Below are positions 39,249 through 49,628 of a stretch of DNA of 64,000 bases, piece after piece. The notes beneath the pieces were generated by a model that saw nothing but the letters and a program-made list of their open reading frames with translations, ran no database searches and was not told where the DNA came from. Origin of the DNA: Cyanophyceae cyanobacterium (GTDB lineage Bacteria; Cyanobacteriota; Cyanobacteriia; Cyanobacteriales; Laspinemataceae); the NCBI GenBank assembly GCA_038321985.1, contig JBBQFN010000019.1, positions 1 to 64,000 of the forward strand, in the 5' to 3' direction. Position numbers and translations under genes: made by a program. How positions within the stretch are numbered: position 1 is the stretch's first letter; the number at the start of each line of letters is the position of its first letter.

Positions 39249-41294
39249 ATGACACATTGCCTGAATCCCGATTGCCCCAAACCCCAGAATCCGGATGGCA
39301 ATCTATTCTGCCAAAATTGTGGGGCTAAATTACGACTGGAAAGTTCTAACAAGTCCACCCCAACAGGTTGCTACCGCGCTATTAAACAAGTAGGTGCCGG
39401 GGGATTTAGTAAAACTTATTTTGCCGTGGATGAATCCCAACCCGGAAAACCCCCTTGTATCATTAAACAATTTCGTCCCAGTCCGACCGCTTCTGGCACC
39501 GCATCGGAATTATTTCACCAAGAACTTGACCGATTAAATGCTATTGGCAACCATCCCCAAATTCCCAACTTATTGGACGGGTTTGAACAAGGCGATCGCC
39601 ACTATATTGTCCAAGATTATATTCCGGGGACCAATTTAGCCATAGAACTCGCCGAACACGGGACATTTACTGAATCTCAGATTCAAAAATTACTAGAGTC
39701 AGTCTTACCTATCTTACATTTCATCCATCATCATCGCCTAATTCACCGCGATATTAAACCTGAAAATATTATTCGCCGTCCTCATCCCAATCCAGACAGT
39801 ATCAGCGGCAGACTGAATCCGACCCAAGTGGTTTTAGTTGATTTTGGCGGGGCTAAATATGCCACAGAAACGACACTAGGCCAACTGGGGACAACCATCG
39901 GCAGTGCAGAATATACCGCACCAGAACAACTCCGGGGACAAGCCAGATTTGCCAGTGATTTGTATAGTTTGGGGGTGACTTGCATCCATTTACTAACCAA
40001 TATGTCCCCCTTTGATTTATGGAATAGTTTAGAAGGGCGGTGGGTTTGGCGGGATTATTTACTCAATCCTGTGAGTGATCGCTTGGCAACAATTCTTGAT
40101 AAAATGCTAATTGAAACTTTATCAAAGCGCTATGCTTCCGCAGAATTTGCTCTAAAAGCCCTCAATCCCAAAATCCAGCTTCCGACCCCTGTAAAATCGG
40201 CAATTTCTAAAGGAAAGGTTGTGATTGTATCTCAATCCTTTCCGCCTATCCAGAACTCCTCTCTCCCAAAACCAGAATTAGAACCGCCTTCCCCATCCCC
40301 TGTCAATTCTCCACCTGCGCCAATGGGTTGGAACTGCGTCCAAACTATCGCCGAAACTGCTGGAAAAAACCCCATCAATGCCGTCACTTTTAGCGCCCAA
40401 TCCCGCACGATCGCCAGTGGCAATGACAAAGGTGCAATCGCTTTATGGGATTTAGAAACCGGGGAATTATTACAAAAAATCCCCGCACATGATCAAGGGA
40501 TACTCTCCATGGCAATCGCCTCTGATGGTCATACCCTTGCCAGTGGAAGCATAGATGGGACGGTTAAACTTTGGAGTCTGTGGCAACTCAGTCCCCAAAA
40601 TTTGCGCCATGGAGTCTCCCCCGTTCATACCCGTACCCTCATCGGACATACCAGTTTGGTGTCATCGGTGGCAATTTGTCCCGACAAACAGCAAGTAGCA
40701 ACGGGTAGTCGCGATCGCACCGTAAAAATTTGGGCGATCGCAACGGGAGAATTACAATGTACCCTCACCGGACATCGCGATCGCGTCACTTGTATCGCTT
40801 ACAATCCAAAATGGGCCACCCCCGACCCTGGGCGATCGCACCTTCTCGCTTCTGGTAGTGCCGATGGGTCGATTTACCTGTGGCAAGCGGATACGGGGGA
40901 ATTAATGCAGGATTTCCCCGCCCATTCCGGTGCGATTCATGCCTTGGCGATCGCCCCAGATGGTAATACTTTAATCAGTTGTAGTTGGGACCGCACTTTA
41001 AAAATTTGGACCTTACCCACGGCAACGAGGAATTTTCCAGAACTGCGGGAAACCCTTTGTCCCCATGTTTTACCCGGATCGGCAGTCGCCATTAGTCCCA
41101 ACGGTAAAACCTTTGCCACCGCCAGTCACGACACCACCATCAAACTCTGGACGTTGGACCCCATAGAACCCGTCACCACCCTATCTGGACATTCCATGAC
41201 AGTCAGTTCCCTAGCCTATAGTCCCGATAGCACCACCTTAGCCAGTGGATCTCATGATGGCACGATTAAGCTGTGGCGAAATGCCTCGGTTTAG
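39249..41294 (+). CDS. Ser/Thr protein kinase with N-terminal 4-Cys motif and C-terminal WD40 propeller
   Basis: CLNPDC...FCQNCG; GAGGFSKT, HRDIKPEN, DFG, YTAPEQ; seven GH...W repeats. Confidence 0.92.
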   Translation: MTHCLNPDCPKPQNPDGNLFCQNCGAKLRLESSNKSTPTGCYRAIKQVGAGGFSKTYFAVDESQPGKPPCIIKQFRPSPTASGTASELFHQELDRLNAIGNHPQIPNLLDGFEQGDRHYIVQDYIPGTNLAIELAEHGTFTESQIQKLLESVLPILHFIHHHRLIHRDIKPENIIRRPHPNPDSISGRLNPTQVVLVDFGGAKYATETTLGQLGTTIGSAEYTAPEQLRGQARFASDLYSLGVTCIHLLTNMSPFDLWNSLEGRWVWRDYLLNPVSDRLATILDKMLIETLSKRYASAEFALKALNPKIQLPTPVKSAISKGKVVIVSQSFPPIQNSSLPKPELEPPSPSPVNSPPAPMGWNCVQTIAETAGKNPINAVTFSAQSRTIASGNDKGAIALWDLETGELLQKIPAHDQGILSMAIASDGHTLASGSIDGTVKLWSLWQLSPQNLRHGVSPVHTRTLIGHTSLVSSVAICPDKQQVATGSRDRTVKIWAIATGELQCTLTGHRDRVTCIAYNPKWATPDPGRSHLLASGSADGSIYLWQADTGELMQDFPAHSGAIHALAIAPDGNTLISCSWDRTLKIWTLPTATRNFPELRETLCPHVLPGSAVAISPNGKTFATASHDTTIKLWTLDPIEPVTTLSGHSMTVSSLAYSPDSTTLASGSHDGTIKLWRNASV

Positions 41295-41299
41295 GACCC

Positions 41300-41460
41300 T
41301 CCACTGGACAGAGTTACGAATTTCCCAAGAGGAAATGGGGTTTCGTGCCAACCGGGATCGAACTTACATTTCGGGAATTGAACGCGGGGTGAGAACTCTT
41401 TCTCTAACTGCTATTGTCAATCTAGCCCGGGGTCTAAGTTTAAGCGTTTCCACTGCGGTA
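41300..41460 (+). pseudogene. XRE-family HTH fragment (RM controller C-protein-like), N-terminus missing
   Basis: ISQEEMGFRANRDRTYISGIERGVRTLSLTAIVNLARGL; no plausible start outside the kinase gene. Confidence 0.65.
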
Positions 41461-41535
41461 TTCACTCCATACCCGATTCAACAGGGAATCAGGTAAAATA
41501 TCAGAAACCGGAATCGCTGTTGAGGAGCGTTTCAA

Positions 41536-41748
41536 ATGCTAGAAATCCACAAAAGTTATGTCATCGATGAAAACCAGAAAGCGATCGCCGTCCAAATTCC
41601 GATCGCAGAGTTTGAGAAGATTGAGGAAATTCTCGAAGATTACGGCTTGGCCAAATTGATGGAAGAAGTGAAAGACAAAAAACCTCTATCCAAAGAGGAA
41701 GCACTAAAATATTATGAATCTGTAAAGGCCAATAATGTGGAACGTTGA
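41536..41748 (+). CDS. Putative type II antitoxin (RelB-like)
   Basis: Small acidic protein (YVIDENQKAIAVQIPIAEFEKIEEILEDYGL) overlapping the toxin start. Confidence 0.75.
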   Translation: MLEIHKSYVIDENQKAIAVQIPIAEFEKIEEILEDYGLAKLMEEVKDKKPLSKEEALKYYESVKANNVER

Positions 41749-42007
41749 ATACACCAAACGATTTTTAAAAGATTTAGCGGCTTTGCCCATAGAAGTTCAA
41801 GGGCGAGTTGAACCCATTATTTTTCAAGAACTCGAAACTGAGAATCCCTTTGATTTAGGATATTTAAAAAAAATGATAGGCTATTGCGATAAATATAAAA
41901 TCCCGGTAGGTGACTATCGGATTGGCATGACGGTTGACAAAAAAATACAAACCATCATTTGTCAACGAGTAGCTCATCGGAGGGATATCTATAAAAATTT
42001 TCCTTAG
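41735..42007 (+). CDS. relE: RelE/ParE family toxin
   Basis: WNVEYTKRFLKDL...YKIPVGDYRIG...VAHRRDIYK. Confidence 0.85.
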   Translation: MWNVEYTKRFLKDLAALPIEVQGRVEPIIFQELETENPFDLGYLKKMIGYCDKYKIPVGDYRIGMTVDKKIQTIICQRVAHRRDIYKNFP

Positions 42008-42051
42008 CACTTACCTTGCGGTTTGTTCATTTTTTTTGAGGGGTCTGAAAA

Positions 42052-42285
42052 TTAGGGAACACTATATTTTTCCCATTCCGACTGAGGAATATTGGCTCCA
42101 ATTTCAAGGGCGATTTCCCAAATGGGTTTAGGATTGTCCTGAAACTCTACCGCTGTCGGGACGGGATAAGCCGGTTGAGATATTCCTCGGATTTGTTGAA
42201 CGATTTTTTCCAATAACCAGAGTTTCTCTTCAGAGGATAAATTTTGAATCGAGTTTTCCAGTTCTAGTAACTTGGCTGAAACCAT
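42052..42285 (-). CDS. Small antitoxin-like hypothetical protein, possibly C-terminally truncated
   Basis: IQNLSSEEKLWLLEKI and KPIWEIALEIGANIPQSEWEK segments; RBS aggag upstream. Confidence 0.55.
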   Translation of the reverse strand: MVSAKLLELENSIQNLSSEEKLWLLEKIVQQIRGISQPAYPVPTAVEFQDNPKPIWEIALEIGANIPQSEWEKYSVP

Positions 42286-42619
42286 ATTTACTCCTGCTGA
42301 GGATTGGTAATCTTTTCTAATTCTTGAGCGAGATTAATCATTAGTTACTATTTCTATTTTAGAGTAGGACCAACAATTCTACAATTCCCGACATCAGGCC
42401 AGGATCCATGTGGAAGGTGCCGATCGCCCGTTGACTCCCCAAATTTGGACGGAGTAGAATCTGTGGCGGACTTCTTCTTCCTAAACCTGGATCCGCCCTG
42501 GGAAAGCACTGGATTTCGGCCCCGAAGCCTTAAGATAGAAGAAAGAAATTGAAAGGTAAGTTGCAACAGCCTTCGATGTAACCCCTGCGGTTTTAGTTTT
42601 GTTCACGTGTCGCCAAACC

Positions 42620-45025
42620 ATGACCAAACCCCACTGGCTCGAAATTACTGAATCTGTGGCCCTTGCCGGTTCTGTCCTCGGCACGATCGCCGTTGCTGGG
42701 AGTCAACACATCCTTTATGCTGCGGTCCCGTTAACGGTGTCGGTGAGTTTAAATTTGGTGAATCGCCAGCGACTCTACCACCTGAACCAACAGCGAACTG
42801 AGGGGGCGATCGCCCAAGTCTATCACTCCCTACAACCCCTCAACCAGCGCTTCGATCGCCTTGAATCCAGCAAGCAAGAGGTGAACTGGCAAACTCAAGA
42901 ACGCATTAATGACTTACAAGTGTCTCTGCGGGATGAACTGTTCGAGGCGATCGCCCAAGTAGAGGAGAGTTTCCCGGCTATCCCCGAACTCCCCAATCTG
43001 GAACCCATCACCGCCCGGATTAATGCTTTGGAATCCCAACTGGAACAGCAGCGAGATCGCATCGAGGCACAGAAAATGGAGTTAACCGACTCATTGCGCC
43101 AGGAGAATGAAGTCGCGATCGCCCGGATCCACGCCGCATTAGAATCTCTTCCCCCCTTCCCCAACCTCAAACCGTTAGCCGATCGCCTCGAACAACTGGA
43201 AATCGCAACAGCACAAGTCAACCAAGAAACCGAACGGCAGATTGAATCGTTCACAAAATCCTTGTGGGAACAAACCGAAAAGGCTATCGGGCAAATTTAT
43301 CAATCCCTCGCCACCTTACCCACTGCGGAAACCCTGGCAATCCTCAGCGATCGCCTGAATCAACTGGAATTAACCTCAAATGCGATCGCCCTCGCCTCAT
43401 CCCAGGAAGAAAACTCCTTAACCCCTAATACGGCTGCACTCCAAGAGGCAATTCAATCCCTGTCTAATTCCCCCAAATTTGAGGCAATTTACGATCGCCT
43501 GCAACAATTAGAAGCACTCAACGAACCGCCAACAGCACCTGAACTCCAGGAAATTCAAACGACTTTAAACCAACAAAACCAAGAGGCGATCGCCCGAGTC
43601 AATAGCGTAATTGAGGCGATCGTCCAGCGTCTCGATCTCCTAGAAACTGAATCCCGCGCCATCCCTCCTGCAACACTCCCCATCCTAGAACTCCAACCCA
43701 AATCCTCATCCCCTCCTCCCGACGCGGGCCAAAATCAACCCGCTACCCCTTCCCCGACACCGGAAAACACCAGCGAACCGCCTCGGGTCCCTTCCGAATA
43801 TCGGAAAGAAACAATTTCCGTCAAACCTGCACCACCCACACCGCCACCTCCGCCAACTACTGAGGATGAACTGGACGAATGGGACGAAGAAATTGCGCCA
43901 CTAGAGGACAAAAAGCCGGAGTCCACTCCCGCAGCAGAAGACAAACCTTTTCTGTCCAAATTGTCTATTAAACCCCTGACTAAACCTGAATCTCTGACTA
44001 AAGCAATGGGGGGAATCGAAACTTCCCTCGGAGAAGTTTTGGGAGATTTGCAAGGATTTGTCGGCAAATGGCGGGGAGAAAAATCTACCTCGGATTCGCC
44101 TTCAACTTCCCCGGATTCTGACGGATTCCCTAACCAAAATTGGCACTGCATCCGCACGATCGCCGGACATCAAGATGCCGTGAATTGTGTTGCTATTCAT
44201 CCCGATCTCAAAAAAATGGCCGCCGGGGACGGGGATAATACCGTGAAACTGTGGGGGATTCCTGAAGGCAACGAAATCCGAAACTTTAATGGGGAAGACT
44301 GGTTTGCTGCCGTGAATGCGATCGCTTTTAGTCCCGATGGGGGGGCGATCGCCGCAGCAATTGGGGAAGCTGTCGAGGTTTGGGAAGTAACTGAGGGCCG
44401 CCCACTCCATCGGTTTACAGGCAGTCTTGAGTCGGTTTATGGCACCATTTTTCTGCATAACGGCCAACAAATCATAGCCAGTGACAGCCTAGGCACAGTC
44501 GCAGTATGGCATCGGGAAACCGGGGAAGAAATTCGCCGATTTAGCGCCCATACGGGCATCATTCGTGCTTTAGCCACCAGTCCCGACGATCGCATTCTTG
44601 CCAGCGCCTCAGAGGATGGGATGATTAAACTCTGGCAGTTACAAACGGCACAGGAAATTTGCATTTTAAAGAGTCATAATGCCGGAGTGAATGCGATCGC
44701 CTTCAGTCCCGATGGACAACTCCTGGCCAGTGGCAGTAACGACATGACCCTAAAACTGTGGCAGGTGAAGTCTGGGGAAGAAATTCGCACCTTTACCGGA
44801 CATGGAGGGGGGATCTCCGCCGTCACTTTTTCTCCCGATGGCGAAACCCTAATCAGTGCCAGTGCCGATAAAACCGTTAAACTATGGCATCGCCATACTG
44901 GAGAACTGATCCAAACTCTCAAGGGTCATAGCAGTGGGGTAACCGGAATTGCTATCAGTCCCGATGGCAAAACCTTAGTCAGTGGTAGCGCAGATAAAAC
45001 CGTGATGCTTTGGCAGTGTGGATGA
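42620..45025 (+). CDS. Membrane-anchored helical-repeat protein with C-terminal WD40 propeller
   Basis: N-terminal hydrophobic segments, ~6 AIA...DRLxxLE repeats, Pro-rich linker, 7 WD40 repeats; ATG 42620. Confidence 0.88.
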   Translation: MTKPHWLEITESVALAGSVLGTIAVAGSQHILYAAVPLTVSVSLNLVNRQRLYHLNQQRTEGAIAQVYHSLQPLNQRFDRLESSKQEVNWQTQERINDLQVSLRDELFEAIAQVEESFPAIPELPNLEPITARINALESQLEQQRDRIEAQKMELTDSLRQENEVAIARIHAALESLPPFPNLKPLADRLEQLEIATAQVNQETERQIESFTKSLWEQTEKAIGQIYQSLATLPTAETLAILSDRLNQLELTSNAIALASSQEENSLTPNTAALQEAIQSLSNSPKFEAIYDRLQQLEALNEPPTAPELQEIQTTLNQQNQEAIARVNSVIEAIVQRLDLLETESRAIPPATLPILELQPKSSSPPPDAGQNQPATPSPTPENTSEPPRVPSEYRKETISVKPAPPTPPPPPTTEDELDEWDEEIAPLEDKKPESTPAAEDKPFLSKLSIKPLTKPESLTKAMGGIETSLGEVLGDLQGFVGKWRGEKSTSDSPSTSPDSDGFPNQNWHCIRTIAGHQDAVNCVAIHPDLKKMAAGDGDNTVKLWGIPEGNEIRNFNGEDWFAAVNAIAFSPDGGAIAAAIGEAVEVWEVTEGRPLHRFTGSLESVYGTIFLHNGQQIIASDSLGTVAVWHRETGEEIRRFSAHTGIIRALATSPDDRILASASEDGMIKLWQLQTAQEICILKSHNAGVNAIAFSPDGQLLASGSNDMTLKLWQVKSGEEIRTFTGHGGGISAVTFSPDGETLISASADKTVKLWHRHTGELIQTLKGHSSGVTGIAISPDGKTLVSGSADKTVMLWQCG

Positions 45026-45136
45026 GGATTAACTGACAAAATCAATACCCTGACTATGGCTCAGTGTCCGTTGAGATACGCAGGGATACAAACTTTAGGA
45101 TAGCCCCCGAATAAGCTCTTTAAGTAAACCTCCAAA

Positions 45137-46630
45137 ATGCCCAAACAACTTGCTTTTGAATTTGACCAAAATTTTCAAGATATTTCATCTCAAAAAGTTG
45201 CTCGCCCCAAGGGATATTCGGGTTTATATGGATTTCATAAATACTGGGGTAAAAAACCCTGGGAGCCCTTGGCTTTAATCATTGAGCAGTTAACTCAAGA
45301 GGGTGATATTATTGTGGACCCTTTTGTGGGGTCAGGGACATCGGCGCGGGAATCTCTCCTCCGTAATCGTAGGTTTATTGGATTTGATATTAATCCAGTG
45401 GCAATCGAACTAACAAATTTAATGGTTTCTCCACCGGATTATTTTGTGATTAGTGATGCCTTTCTAAGTCTGGAAAAAAATGTAAAAAACTCCATTAATG
45501 AAACCTATAAATTATCAGATGGTCGCATTGCGTCACATTATCTTTGGAAGCAGGATGTATTAAATCAAGTTTGGTTAAGGGGCGGACCTAAAAATTCCCG
45601 GTTAGAATTGTCTCCAACGGCACAGGATATAGAGCTTGCCCAAAAATTTACCCCCTATACTAGCCAATACATTCGCAATCTTCGCTTTTTTTCTAATGGA
45701 AGAATTAATGCCAGTCCGACTTTATCAATTGCCGATTTGATGACAGGTCGAGCTCAATACAATATCGACTTGATTCTCAACCAAATTAAAACCCTTCCGC
45801 AGGACTCTCAACGGGCAATTTATTTATGTCTCACCGCTGCATCTGGACAGATGAGCAAAATGGTTTTTGCGGTTACCAATAGAGGAAAAAATAAGGGGAA
45901 TATATCGGAAAAGGTTGAGGTGGGAAGCTGGGTGATTGGATATTGGCGACCCGAATTACATTTTGAGGTTAATGTTTGGAATTGTTTTGAAAGACGAGTT
46001 TCTAAACTTCTTAAGGCCATCTCTGACTATGACCCCCTAGAAAAAAGGAATATCTGTGACTCCCTAGAACAATTTTATCAGAACTCTTCAGACTGTTGTA
46101 TTTTATATGGGCCTTGTCAAAATGAAATTGAAAAAATACCTAAAAAATCAGTTAATCTGATTTTAACAGATCCCCCTCATAGCGATCGCATCCCTTACTT
46201 AGAATTAAGCGAATTATGGAATAGTATTTTAGGAATAGAACCGATTTTTGAATCGGAAATTATTATTTCTAATGCTAAGGAACGGAGGAAAACCCCGGAT
46301 CTTTACATAAGTGCGATGATAGATTTCCTGGCAAAATGCTCAACTGTCATGAGAGACGATGCTTTTCTAGTGCTACTATATAATTCTAGGCAATCGGACC
46401 GTTGGGGATTTATCCAGCCATTTCTTGACGGCTCCGAAACTTCAGCGGGTTTACAATATCTGGGACAGTTCCCCTGTACCTATTCAGCCGGATCCGTTGT
46501 CCAAGATACCAGAAAAGGCGGGTTAAAACATGATGTGGCTTTAATTTTTGGAAAATCAAAGTCTAATTTAAGTAAAATTGCTAAACTCAAAAATATTCCA
46601 GGCTGGTCCGGTACATTTATGGGTCAATGA
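45137..46630 (+). CDS. Amino (N6-A/N4-C) DNA methyltransferase
   Basis: Motif I DPFVGSGT near the N-terminus preceded by HKYWGKKP; motif IV variant LTDPPH near the C-terminus. Confidence 0.85.
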   Translation: MPKQLAFEFDQNFQDISSQKVARPKGYSGLYGFHKYWGKKPWEPLALIIEQLTQEGDIIVDPFVGSGTSARESLLRNRRFIGFDINPVAIELTNLMVSPPDYFVISDAFLSLEKNVKNSINETYKLSDGRIASHYLWKQDVLNQVWLRGGPKNSRLELSPTAQDIELAQKFTPYTSQYIRNLRFFSNGRINASPTLSIADLMTGRAQYNIDLILNQIKTLPQDSQRAIYLCLTAASGQMSKMVFAVTNRGKNKGNISEKVEVGSWVIGYWRPELHFEVNVWNCFERRVSKLLKAISDYDPLEKRNICDSLEQFYQNSSDCCILYGPCQNEIEKIPKKSVNLILTDPPHSDRIPYLELSELWNSILGIEPIFESEIIISNAKERRKTPDLYISAMIDFLAKCSTVMRDDAFLVLLYNSRQSDRWGFIQPFLDGSETSAGLQYLGQFPCTYSAGSVVQDTRKGGLKHDVALIFGKSKSNLSKIAKLKNIPGWSGTFMGQ

Positions 46631-46642
46631 ACAAGTAAAATT

Positions 46643-47737
46643 ATGGATTTTAAGACGGCACAATCTTGGTTTAAATATGACAGAATTAAGGATTTATCGC
46701 AATCTCCTCTAGGTCTCCGGTTTCTCAAGTTGCGTTCTTTATCTCGCCGGCAATACCTAGAGGCTTTATTCGCTTCTGTAGGGGTGACACCTACATCCAC
46801 TTTATTACGGGATTTACTTAAAGAAGCCTTTGAAACCGACTCCATTACGGAAGTCGTCATCGATTCTACTATTCGACATTTTTATACCCTAGAGAGACAA
46901 ACGCGCCAAACAGAAGAACTGGAACTGGTCAATCAACTCTATCGATTAGATTTGTATGACTGGGGTGGGCTTCATCAAAATAGCCTGGAAAAAACCATCG
47001 TTAACAACTATGTAAAACAAATCCGGAACTACGATAACTTATCAGCAAGTATAGAAAATGAGCTTCATCATAGTATGCGAGGTTACGTTTTATGTTCGTG
47101 GTATAATCATTGGACCTCGATTATAATTGAGGATATTTTTCGGGACCATCCAGCAGTCTTACCAGCCGTTGGATTAATTAAAAAAATAGATTTTTTCATT
47201 AGGGATATTCCCTTTGATTTGAAAGTTACTTATTTTCCTGAGGGTTATATTAAGGACTGCCGTCCTTTAGCGAATGAACGCTCAGAACTGACCCTGCTTA
47301 AACAATGGGCGCGTCAGTTTAATATCAGATTTAGCCAAGAGCTATCTGAGAGTTTATTGCTTTCTGACTTGTGGAAGAAGGCCAGGGATCATCCTTCAGT
47401 GACTTCTCAAAATTTGATAAGAGAACTGAGCCATTTCCGACGTCAACTGATTGAGCAGACCCAAATCAACCCAGAGGGCTTGATTACCTGGCTATATGAG
47501 AATCAAGGAGTTCGGAGATTTGATGCTTCAAATCGGTTGTTTCTTATTCTCATAGACTTAGACGATTTCTTTGCCTCGTGGAAATTGAAACGTGCTCATC
47601 CACTTCTGAACTCTGGGATAGGGGCTTTTTTAGATAATATATCAGCCTCGCCTGGACGAGAATTAAATTTTAATTGGGATGGAGAACGTTACACCGTAGT
47701 ATCCGATGCCATCATTATTACTAAACCTCAGAGATAA
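46643..47737 (+). CDS. Putative type II restriction endonuclease (specificity unknown)
   Basis: 12 bp downstream of the MTase; 364 aa; IDFF...PFDLKVT resembles a PD-(D/E)xK core. Confidence 0.6.
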   Translation: MDFKTAQSWFKYDRIKDLSQSPLGLRFLKLRSLSRRQYLEALFASVGVTPTSTLLRDLLKEAFETDSITEVVIDSTIRHFYTLERQTRQTEELELVNQLYRLDLYDWGGLHQNSLEKTIVNNYVKQIRNYDNLSASIENELHHSMRGYVLCSWYNHWTSIIIEDIFRDHPAVLPAVGLIKKIDFFIRDIPFDLKVTYFPEGYIKDCRPLANERSELTLLKQWARQFNIRFSQELSESLLLSDLWKKARDHPSVTSQNLIRELSHFRRQLIEQTQINPEGLITWLYENQGVRRFDASNRLFLILIDLDDFFASWKLKRAHPLLNSGIGAFLDNISASPGRELNFNWDGERYTVVSDAIIITKPQR

Positions 47738-48084
47738 TTAACGTTAGAACCGCTCAAACCCATCCGCGAATTTATGCTTCTTATGTTTTTGGCTAATTGC
47801 ATCAATCCTGATTCTCTCCATGAGGAGAGGACATAATCGGCAAGTCCTATCCAAAATTGATGAAGACTGGATCCAATCAAACGTCATCCTGACCAGAGTG
47901 ATGGAAAAGATTGGGGACTGAGGAGCCTACAAGGGACTTCCCCCTGGCCTCAGCCCCAATCTGGTGCGTAAAGTCCCCGTCAATCGTCAAGGTTTGTCAG
48001 GGGATTATCGCCTGAGTCGGGGCTTTCCAGGCATTCTGTAGCCAACCGATTACTATTAAGTTATCCCCATGCTGGCTTGTCCCT

Positions 48085-49593
48085 ATGAGCTATTGTTTGA
48101 ATCCCGACTGTCAAAAACCTCAAAACCCAGCAGGCTATAACTTTTGCCATAATTGCGGCGCAAAGCTGCTATTGGGCGATCGCTATCGTGCGCTTAAATC
48201 TATTGGACAGGGTGGGTTTGGCCGGACTTTCCTGGCGATCGATGAATACAAACCTTCAAAACCCCGCTGCGTTATCAAGCAATTTTTTCCCCAATTCCAA
48301 ACTACTCAGAACGCACAAAAGGCAGCCGAACTTTTTAAGAAAGAAGCGGTACGGTTAGATGATTTAGGAAGCCATCCGCAAATTCCGGCCCTATTGGCTC
48401 ATTTTGATGCAGAGAGTTATCAATATTTAGTCCAAGAATTTATTGATGGGCAAACCTTAGCCCAAGAGTTGGAAACAGAGGGCGCATTCTCGGAAACTAA
48501 AGTTCGCCAGGTGCTGTTAAATTTACTCCCGGTCCTGCAATTCCTTCATGAAAAGCAAGTGATTCACCGGGATATTAAGCCTGAAAATATCATTCGCCGC
48601 GCACCAATAACGGAGATTTTAGAAGCGCGGAACGACGGGGGAGGCGATCGCGATCAGTTTCAATCGAGTCAACTGGTTTTAGTTGATTTTGGTGCAGCTA
48701 AATTTGCAACAGCAACCGCCGTGGGAAGGACGGGAACTGTGATTGGTACGGCTGGATATGTCGCCCCAGAGCAATTTCTCGGACAAGCGGTTCCCGCGAG
48801 TGATTTGTATTGTTTGGGAGTGACTTGCATCCAATTACTGACCGGGACTGCCCCCTTTGATTTATTTGATGTCAAGGAAGGGCTTTGGCATTGGCGTGAT
48901 TTTCTGGAGTTTCCAGTGGTTCATGAATTTGCTAAAATTTTAGACCGATTATTGGAAGCCAATCTCAATCAACGGTATCATTCAGCACCGGAAGTCCTGA
49001 CGGATTTGGACTGGTTACCCCCCGTCCCTCATCGGACAACTGCGAGGCCAAAACCTTCTCCAGGAGTCAGGAGTAATCCCCAATCGCCACCCCCAACTAA
49101 TCCCTCAATTGTCTCGCGATTAATGGGGGCAACGCCGCAAATGATCAAAGGCACAATTTTGGAGAACTTTGGCAAATATGAAGCGGCGATCGCCTCTTAT
49201 GACCAAGCCATCTCCCTCAAGCCAGATAATGCCGATGCTTGGTACAAAAAAGCCCGTCTCTGTGCGGAAATGGGTAATCATGAAGGTGCCTTATTCGGAT
49301 ATGAAAAAACCGTGGAATTGAAGCCATCTCGCTGGGACGCATGGCGCGATCGGGGCATAATTCTGTATAAACTGCGGCGCTATCAAGAGGCAACTTCCAG
49401 TTATTTAAAAGCATTACAATTTCAACCCAGTCAACCCTTAATCTGGTTATTAATGAGTATGTCTATCAAGCAAGTGGGCAATCATAAAGAAGCCCAAACC
49501 ACCTTAGAACAAGCCGGACAACTCATGCCAGAACGGGATAGCGATCAAGCTACAATTTTATGGCAAGCCTGGGAAATTTTAATTAAAAATTGA
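48085..49593 (+). CDS. Ser/Thr protein kinase with 4-Cys prefix and C-terminal TPRs
   Basis: CLNPDC...FCHNCG; GQGGFGRT, HRDIKPEN, DFG, YVAPEQ; YEAAIASYDQAISLKPD TPRs. Confidence 0.92.
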   Translation: MSYCLNPDCQKPQNPAGYNFCHNCGAKLLLGDRYRALKSIGQGGFGRTFLAIDEYKPSKPRCVIKQFFPQFQTTQNAQKAAELFKKEAVRLDDLGSHPQIPALLAHFDAESYQYLVQEFIDGQTLAQELETEGAFSETKVRQVLLNLLPVLQFLHEKQVIHRDIKPENIIRRAPITEILEARNDGGGDRDQFQSSQLVLVDFGAAKFATATAVGRTGTVIGTAGYVAPEQFLGQAVPASDLYCLGVTCIQLLTGTAPFDLFDVKEGLWHWRDFLEFPVVHEFAKILDRLLEANLNQRYHSAPEVLTDLDWLPPVPHRTTARPKPSPGVRSNPQSPPPTNPSIVSRLMGATPQMIKGTILENFGKYEAAIASYDQAISLKPDNADAWYKKARLCAEMGNHEGALFGYEKTVELKPSRWDAWRDRGIILYKLRRYQEATSSYLKALQFQPSQPLIWLLMSMSIKQVGNHKEAQTTLEQAGQLMPERDSDQATILWQAWEILIKN

Positions 49594-49628
49594 GGAAAAT
49601 TGATTCGGTTTCTGAATCAATAAAAATT

